The notes beneath the pieces were generated by a model. It did no database searches. It was not told the origin of the DNA and saw only the letters and a program-made list of their open reading frames with translations. A DNA stretch of 64,000 nucleotides from a virus (lineage: Duplodnaviria > Caudoviricetes): IMG/VR virus record IMGVR_UViG_2654588144_000016, positions 13,667 through 77,666 of that record, one strand, 5' to 3'. The translations under genes and the position numbers were made by a program. Shown piece by piece: positions 57,763 to 64,000 of this stretch. Numbering within the stretch: position 1 is the first letter of the stretch; the number at the start of each line of letters is the position of its first letter.

Positions 57763-57963
57763 CTATTTGTCCATGGGCCTCTCGCGGTTGCCGCCGCTGG
57801 GGTCCTTTTTCATTTCTTCCAATATCTCATTACTCGCTGCCTCAGCCCCCGCCTCAATTCTATCTGCGTTACCGGTCATAACAACACCGGACTGGACCAT
57901 GGCCTGTATGATGATAGCTTTAATAACTTGACTCTGTATTATCCTCACCTCCGCTCCGGGCAT
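57763..57963 (-). CDS. Hypothetical protein
   Basis: Coupled ORF. Confidence 0.6.
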   Translation of the reverse strand: MPGAEVRIIQSQVIKAIIIQAMVQSGVVMTGNADRIEAGAEAASNEILEEMKKDPSGGNRERPMDK

Positions 57964-58911
57964 ACGCCCTCTCCGATCTCCAACTTCTCTATCTTTTGGA
58001 ACGCCGCGTCAATCGCTCTCTGGTAATCCTCTTCCAGGTATGCAGGGATACTCACTGCCTGCTCGTCCAACAGCTCCATCATAATCCGGATCTTTCGTTC
58101 TCTTGTCATCTCGCTTCACCTCCCATTAAAGTCTCACGCCCATGGCCAGCGCCATGACCACTGTTGCTGCAACCACCATTCCGAACATCCAAAAAGTTGC
58201 TATGATAATCCATCTCGCTACCGTCATTAGGGGATGCTCGTCCCATTCGTCATCGCATCTCAATTTCGTACACCGCCCCTCTGTCGTATACTACACGGAT
58301 TTTGTCACCATTGATGTCCGTCACTATGGCCTCATGTGCGTTAACTGTTTCCATGTGGCCATCCAGGCCCGGGTAAACTGTTTCCAGGTACTGATGGATA
58401 CGGTGCTCCGCAAATGTTTTAGCTCTCATTGGCTTGTCTCTCCTTTCTATGCTTGTCCTCCATGGCCGCCCTTAGGCGGTGTCCTCCTGCTTTTGAATTC
58501 TTTCATCACGGAACTGTTCCAAGAACCTGTAGAACATTTCAGTATTCTCGTTTCTCTCTACCTTAATGTCCTCCGGGTTCGTATAAACTTTCCCGTCATA
58601 GGTTGTTATGATTACGTTTGCCATATCACCACCCCTCTCTGGTTGATTGTATGCTGTTACGGTTGTACTTCTTGCGTTGTCCGCCTTATCTTTTTCCTCC
58701 CCCTGCCCTATACTTTACTTACAGGCGTTGCCGCGCCGAGTATTTAGTGAAGGAAATATTATTATGGAATTAACAAAAGAAAATTTAACTTTTGCTCTAT
58801 CACTTATTGGCACGCTTGGTACTATTTCTGGCTGGTGTTACTATTGGATAACCTCTCACAAAAATACACATCCCTCTCACATCTTCCTATTCACTTGCCA
58901 ATATTCCGAGA

Positions 58912-59082
58912 TTAACTCGTCTTTCTATCCTTAATGTCAGTACCACTCTTGGTCACACTAGGAATTAAGCCACACATCAGGCCAAACACCTTATTTTGAC
59001 CAGCTTCATCCAGCATGGGAGCCATAATAAGGATATTTTTTAATGTGTCATCCGTTAATTGGATAGAGTTAATGTCCTGCAT
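58912..59082 (-). CDS. Small early protein (56 aa)
   Basis: MQDINSIQ... with GAGGTG RBS, downstream of the leftward early promoter. Confidence 0.55.
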   Translation of the reverse strand: MQDINSIQLTDDTLKNILIMAPMLDEAGQNKVFGLMCGLIPSVTKSGTDIKDRKTS

Positions 59083-59149
59083 AGTTTCTCACCTCGCTTT
59101 CCCAAAATATGCTATAATTTTTTTATTAACTTTAAAGGAGGACTAGCCA

Positions 59150-59650
59150 ATGCCCAACATACCTAACAATACTGATTGGAGCGCTACTGCTGCCTGGATT
59201 GCTTTGGCAATTTCTATCATCACTCCAACCATCTCGCTACTTCTTAACAATATTCATCAGCTCAAACTTAAACAACTCGAACTACAACATGAAACATCCA
59301 CTGATTATTACAAACAATGCAAAGAAACATACGAAAATTTCATTACGCAAGCTTCATCACATCTCTACTCATTAGGTGGAAACCAAATTGATTATGAACG
59401 TGCTTACCAAAAACTATTTCTTTATATTCCGAAGGAACACTGGCCTGTACTTAGAACTTTAAATAAAGAACTAAAAATACATTCCAAAAATAAAGAAGCA
59501 ACTTGTCCAACATATGATTTGGTTATCGAAATATTGGGAGATTTACTGCAAAAACAGCAAAAACAAATCCCAGTAGGATATTCCACAGCAGTAGGACGAA
59601 TTTTCCAGCACTTTTCTCAAGCGTTCCGTAAAAAAAGGAAGTCAGATTAA
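59150..59650 (+). CDS. Membrane-anchored hypothetical protein (moron)
   Basis: N-terminal TM helix; own TGCTATAAT promoter and AAGGAGG RBS. Confidence 0.7.
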   Translation: MPNIPNNTDWSATAAWIALAISIITPTISLLLNNIHQLKLKQLELQHETSTDYYKQCKETYENFITQASSHLYSLGGNQIDYERAYQKLFLYIPKEHWPVLRTLNKELKIHSKNKEATCPTYDLVIEILGDLLQKQQKQIPVGYSTAVGRIFQHFSQAFRKKRKSD

Positions 59651-59783
59651 AAAGTGTTGTAATAATAAAAATTGGGATTATATTCCATTGATTTATTTTT
59701 ATTACCTCCTAATATATAAGTGTAAGGTTTCAGTACCCAACAGCCAGTTAGGTATCATCTTCTTTCACCTCGTTTCTATTTGT

Positions 59784-59875
59784 TTGTTAAGGACATTATA
59801 TACCATTATTTTGTCCTTGTCAATCAAATATTTCACATTTTTGTCCTTTACAAGCATTTTTATTTATGGTATAAT
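59784..59875. promoter_or_regulatory. Lysis-lysogeny switch: divergent promoters with three operators
   Basis: TGTCCTTnnCAA at 59784 (-), 59811, 59841; TTGACA-17-TATAAT (-) and TTTACA-17-TATAAT (+). Confidence 0.75.
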
Positions 59876-59902
59876 TTACTTGTACACGAAAGGAGAAAAA
59901 GC

Positions 59903-60283
59903 ATGAATATATATGAACGAATACGGTTTTTGCGCAAAGAGATTCTGCATAAGACACAAGAAGAATTTTCTGAATCCATTAAGATATCACGCTCAAATCT
60001 CGGAAATATAGAAACCGGAAAGGTTGCCGTTACAAATAGAGTAATATCTGATATCTGCAATTCGTTTCATATCAATGAAACTTGGCTTCGCACAGGTGAA
60101 GGCGGAGACGATAACATATTTACTCAAATATCTGCTGATGACAGATTTTCGCTTAATTTAGGAAAACTGAGCACAACTGAAAATGAATTTATAAGAAATG
60201 GCATAAACTTATTAGCAGAAACGGACCCAGAGAAATTGAAAATTTTAGAAAATTTCATGAAAGCATGGCTAGGAATAAAATGA
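59903..60283 (+). CDS. CI-like XRE HTH repressor
   Basis: TQEEFS...ISRSNLGNIETG, WLRTGEG; ATG 59903 with AAGGAG. Confidence 0.88.
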   Translation: MNIYERIRFLRKEILHKTQEEFSESIKISRSNLGNIETGKVAVTNRVISDICNSFHINETWLRTGEGGDDNIFTQISADDRFSLNLGKLSTTENEFIRNGINLLAETDPEKLKILENFMKAWLGIK

Positions 60284-60553
60284 CAAAGGCACCTCAACGG
60301 GTGCCTCCTTGTAGGGCAAGGATAAAAAGGTAAATTCTTCTAAGTAAGGCATTGTTATCAATTTCCTTAGCCTTTTCAGCAATAGCATTCCAGTATTCTT
60401 GATTACTCATATGTATGTACCATCCTTTCCCATAGTCATATTATTGACTATCTTATGCAATAAGTACGCAGTAATTTTCTTTTTTACCTGCTGTTTCCAC
60501 ATTTGTCCGGTATAACGGACAAATATTGACAAGTGTCTATTATGTACCCCCGT

Positions 60554-60772
60554 TTAGGGGGTTATGCGGATTGAAAACAGGTCGGCTGGTGTAACACCCA
60601 ATGCAAGGGAAAGGAGGCATATGGTGTGTATCGTGGGATTGGCCTTGCCATCTTCAATTTGATTAATTTGGGTTTTACTCACCCCAGATAGTTCCGCAAG
60701 ACCACGGTCTGTAAGACCCGCTTTGGCCCGGAACTGGTACAGGTGATACTCAATTCTAAATTTAGGAACCAT
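60554..60772 (-). CDS. XRE HTH protein, putatively SOS-induced
   Basis: LAELSGVSKTQINQIEDGKANPT; GGAGG RBS. Confidence 0.8.
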   Translation of the reverse strand: MVPKFRIEYHLYQFRAKAGLTDRGLAELSGVSKTQINQIEDGKANPTIHTICLLSLALGVTPADLFSIRITP

Positions 60773-60826
60773 TTTGTGTATACCTCCATACGGACAGTAT
60801 CCGCAGTAGCAGTGAATGATATACAC

Positions 60827-60873
60827 AAACTTATGTTCTTATTTATTATAGCAGAACACATGTTCTTATTCAA
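60827..60873 (-). promoter_or_regulatory. Two LexA/DinR boxes over a TTGAAT-17-TATAAT promoter
   Basis: AAAC-TTAT-GTTC (60827) and GAAC-ACAT-GTTC (60854). Confidence 0.75.
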
Positions 60874-60916
60874 GCATTAGACTATGAAAAATACTATTTC
60901 ATAAGGAGGCAACATC

Positions 60917-61093
60917 ATGAAATTTGGAATGCGTAAAATCAGCCCAATGAAATCGCTAAAGGCCAGGACCACCGGACGAGCAAAAAGAACGGTAAAAAAA
61001 GCATTAATCCCCGGCTATGGAAAAAAGGGGGTGGGGTGGATAAAGAATCCTAAAAAGGCCGCATATAATAAAGTATATAAAAAGACTTCATAA
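60917..61093 (+). CDS. Small basic conserved prophage protein, truncated by IS insertion
   Basis: MKFGMRK...PGYGKKGVGWIKNPKKAAYNKVYKKTS; remainder FSLFDLFK* resumes at 62436-62461. Confidence 0.75.
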   Translation: MKFGMRKISPMKSLKARTTGRAKRTVKKALIPGYGKKGVGWIKNPKKAAYNKVYKKTS

Positions 61094-62435
61094 AACTTTC
61101 AGGCACAGAAACCCACTTCCTTTAGGTAGTAGAAAGGAGTACAATTTTATGGAACAACTTACCATAACTGCTAAAATTCAAGTTTTAACTGATACCGACA
61201 GTAAATCCTTATTGGATAATACTATGTCTGCGTATTCAAGTGCCTGTAATTATGTAGCAGATTATATTTTTCGTACTCATGACTTGAAACAGTTTTCCTT
61301 AAACAAAGCATTATATTCTTCTCTTAGAGAATTATTTGGTTTAAAATCACAAATGGCTCAATCTGTTTTAAAAACAGTTATTGCACGATATAAGACTATT
61401 CTTGAAAATCAAAATGAATGGATAAAGCCTAATTTTAAACATCCAGAATATGATCTTGTATGGAACAGAGATTATTCACTTACGAACAACTGTTTTTCTG
61501 TAAATACCTTAAAAGGTAGAATAAAATTACCTTATTTTTCTAAAGGGATGGAACAATACTTTTCTTCCGATATTTACAAATTTGGTACTGCTAAACTTGT
61601 AAATAAGCATGGAAAATATTTCTTACATATTCCTGTTACCTACGAAGTTGAAGAAAGTAATCTTTCTAATATTTGTAATGTAGTAGGTATTGACAGAGGT
61701 ATTAACTTTATTGTTGCCACCTATGACAATAAGCATAAATCAGGCTTTGTAAGTGGCAAGCAGGTTAAACAGAAAAGAGCAAATTATTCCAAACTGCGTA
61801 AAGAGTTACAAATGCGTCAGACACCATCTTCAAGACGAAGATTAAAAGCTATTGGTAGTAGAGAAAACCGTTGGATGCAGGATATTAACCATCAGGTATC
61901 AAAGGCACTCGTGCAAAACAATCCAAAGCATACTCTCTTTGTTTTAGAGGATTTAAGTGGTGTTCGTAACTCTACAGAAAAAATCCGTCTTAAAGACAGA
62001 TATGTTTCTGTATCATGGTCTTTTTACGACTTGGAGCAAAAACTGATTTATAAATCAAAACAGAACCAATCGACAGTTATAAAAGTCAATCCGGCATATA
62101 CAAGCCAGACCTGTCCTTGTTGTGGACACATCGAAAAAACTAATCGTAACAAAAAATTACATTTGTTTACGTGTAAAAACTGTGGCTACAAATCAAATGA
62201 TGATCGTATTGGAGCTATGAACCTGTATCGTATGGGAATAAACTATCTTGAAGATAGTCAAGTACCTAATACAGTTACAGTTGAGTAAAACTCTGCTGTA
62301 AAGGGTGCTGTCAATCACCCTGTGATGTAACGTCACTTTGGTAGCAATACCAAACGACTAAAGGTAGGAGATTTCTAATCGCTCGGACTACTGGACAGTT
62401 ACAAGCCCATTCCCTTTAGGGGATGGGTAGTTGAC
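61092..62435 (+). mobile_element. IS200/IS605-family TnpB-only element (IS1341-like)
   Basis: Inserted after TTCAT without duplication; right-end hairpin CCCATTCCC-TTTA-GGGGATGGG then TAGTTGAC; removal restores the host ORF. Confidence 0.85.
61149..62288 (+). CDS. tnpB: RNA-guided endonuclease TnpB
   Basis: RuvC D (GIDRG), E (LEDL), D (DDRIGA); zinc finger CPCCG/CKNCG. Confidence 0.93.
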   Translation: MEQLTITAKIQVLTDTDSKSLLDNTMSAYSSACNYVADYIFRTHDLKQFSLNKALYSSLRELFGLKSQMAQSVLKTVIARYKTILENQNEWIKPNFKHPEYDLVWNRDYSLTNNCFSVNTLKGRIKLPYFSKGMEQYFSSDIYKFGTAKLVNKHGKYFLHIPVTYEVEESNLSNICNVVGIDRGINFIVATYDNKHKSGFVSGKQVKQKRANYSKLRKELQMRQTPSSRRRLKAIGSRENRWMQDINHQVSKALVQNNPKHTLFVLEDLSGVRNSTEKIRLKDRYVSVSWSFYDLEQKLIYKSKQNQSTVIKVNPAYTSQTCPCCGHIEKTNRNKKLHLFTCKNCGYKSNDDRIGAMNLYRMGINYLEDSQVPNTVTVE

Positions 62436-62451
62436 TTAGTCTTTTTGATTT
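62289..62451 (+). ncRNA. Putative TnpB omegaRNA (scaffold plus flank-derived guide)
   Basis: Hairpin-rich region between tnpB and right end; guide inferred from flank TTAGTCTTTTTGATTT. Confidence 0.6.
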
Positions 62452-62632
62452 ATTTAAATAACGCAAGAGCCCCTGTGCAGCAAACACAGGGGCCCAGCCT
62501 TACCAAGGGTGTCACGGTTCCCCAGATAAGAAATGTTGAGTACAAGACATAGTATATCATCTTTCCGGGCACCAGGCAACCGTATGTGTAATTTTACGTT
62601 AACCAAAGAGTATAGTTAAGTATTAAGGAGAG

Positions 62633-64000
62633 ATGAATATGATTAAAGGCGCATGTTATGTCCGCGTATCAACGGACAATCAGTTAGAAAACTACAGCAT
62701 TGAAGAACAGACTGACCGATTGAAAGCATACTGTAAAGCAAAAGATATTCAGATAGTCAAGATATATACTGACGGAGGTTATTCCGGCGGAAACATTAAT
62801 AGGCCTGCTCTGCAACAGATGCTCCAAGACATCGGCAAAGGATTGATAGACTCTGTTATTGTCTACAAGCTTGACCGCTTGTCCCGAAGCCAAAAGGATA
62901 CCCTCATGCTGATTGAGGATTGTTTCCTGGCCAAGAATGTAGACTTCGTTTCTGTGAATGAGAATTTTGACACCTCCACTCCCTTTGGCCGGGCCATGAT
63001 TGGAATACTGTCTGTCTTTGCCCAGCTGGAGAAAGACCAGATTACGGAACGTTTTACAATGGGACGCATCGGCAGGGCCAAGAATGGGTATTTTCATGGA
63101 GGCGGTAATGCGCCGACCGGATATGATTATATTGACGGAGAACTTATAATAAATGATTATGAGGCTTTGCAGGTCAAAGATTTGTATAATCGGTTCTTAA
63201 AGGGGTATTCAATCCATAACTGTTGGCAGTATATGCATCAAAAATATGGGGGATGGAGCAATGAGGTCTCAGTACGGAATGTCCTTAAAAATGAACTGTA
63301 TATTGGAAAGGTGAAGTTTAAAGGAGTTGCCTATCAAGGCAATCATCAACCAATCATATCCGAAGAAATATTTCGGCAGGTGCAGGACCTGTTTAACAGC
63401 TCCAGGAGGACATCTGATACCTTCAAGCGTTCTCCATTTAAGGCGAACACTCTTCTTTCCAGCCTCGTGTATTGTGGTAAGTGTGGGGCACGGTTCCATG
63501 GTGAGCATGGTAACTATTCCTGCTATAGCCGTACTAAGGGAGATAAAAAGTATATTGTTGACCCAAATTGCAAAAATAAAAAATGGAAAATAGAAGAACT
63601 AAATAAACTGGTACTGGATTACATAACGCGTTTAGACTTTTCCAAATTACAGAATAGCCATCCTGCCCCAGTTCCAGTCACTGACTATTCACTTCGTTTA
63701 ACCGAGATTGATAAGCAGATTGAAAAGCTGATAGACCTATATCAAGTTAGTGGCATTCCGCTTGAGTCCATACAGAAAAAGATGGATGCACTTACTAAAG
63801 AGAAAGAGGCGCTATTGAATGTATCAAAACCCAAAAATGTGCCTATAACAACACTTACTGAAATGATAACCGCGAGAGATACATTGATGTCTCTTGCTGA
63901 TACAGGAAGTCTGGATGAAAAAAGAGCCTGCCTAACTATGATTATAGACCGTATCACAATTGATGATGATAATGTCAATATCAAACTAAAACATCTATGA
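62633..64000 (+). CDS. int: Large serine recombinase (prophage integrase)
   Basis: YVRVST catalytic motif, DRLSR, recombinase domain, CGKCG zinc ribbon, coiled coil. Confidence 0.95.
   Translation: MNMIKGACYVRVSTDNQLENYSIEEQTDRLKAYCKAKDIQIVKIYTDGGYSGGNINRPALQQMLQDIGKGLIDSVIVYKLDRLSRSQKDTLMLIEDCFLAKNVDFVSVNENFDTSTPFGRAMIGILSVFAQLEKDQITERFTMGRIGRAKNGYFHGGGNAPTGYDYIDGELIINDYEALQVKDLYNRFLKGYSIHNCWQYMHQKYGGWSNEVSVRNVLKNELYIGKVKFKGVAYQGNHQPIISEEIFRQVQDLFNSSRRTSDTFKRSPFKANTLLSSLVYCGKCGARFHGEHGNYSCYSRTKGDKKYIVDPNCKNKKWKIEELNKLVLDYITRLDFSKLQNSHPAPVPVTDYSLRLTEIDKQIEKLIDLYQVSGIPLESIQKKMDALTKEKEALLNVSKPKNVPITTLTEMITARDTLMSLADTGSLDEKRACLTMIIDRITIDDDNVNIKLKHL

Larger units (their letters stand above)
1..64000. 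mobile_element. Temperate siphovirus prophage (partial; distal tail and lysis genes lie left of the window, att site right of it)
   Basis: Ordered integrase-repressor-replication-packaging-head-tail modules. Confidence 0.95.

Noticed and set aside
60544-60577. GTACCCCCGTTTAGGGGGTTATGCGGATTGAAAA, resembling a CRISPR repeat
   Set aside because: Overlaps the last codons of the HTH gene on the other strand, ends imperfectly and has no well-spaced promoter; likely a terminator-type hairpin plus coding coincidence
61092-62435. IStron (group I intron fused to the TnpB element)
   Set aside because: Only 57 nt precede tnpB, too little for a ribozyme core

Overview
The window is the right-hand ~64 kb of a temperate siphovirus prophage, probably from a Lachnospiraceae/Clostridiales host (inferred from gene families). 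Most genes lie on the minus strand. Right to left: large serine integrase, a TnpB-only IS200/IS605 element, CI/Cro switch, recombination/replication module, a nin-like accessory region ending at a tyrosine recombinase, a divergent regulated island, terS, ~11 kb of accessory genes with a tRNA/ncRNA island, intein-containing terL, late regulator, head, head-tail and tail genes through the tape measure. The most striking unexplained structure is a 12-bp core, AAA-YYRRN-ATTT, sitting at gene junctions throughout 36.1-42.1 kb next to a putatively SOS-controlled tyrosine recombinase. The same core is the centre of a 34-bp loxP-like palindrome beside terS, suggesting a phage-borne Cre/lox-like recombinase that also captures gene cassettes like an integron. 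Other highlights: an invertible pair of tail-tip-like cassettes between terL and portal, a solitary type I-C CRISPR-like repeat with promoter and terminator, tRNA-like RNAs with enlarged anticodon loops, and an orphan tape-measure C-terminus next to a lipoprotein moron. All family assignments are from motif recognition by eye; no database searches were run.
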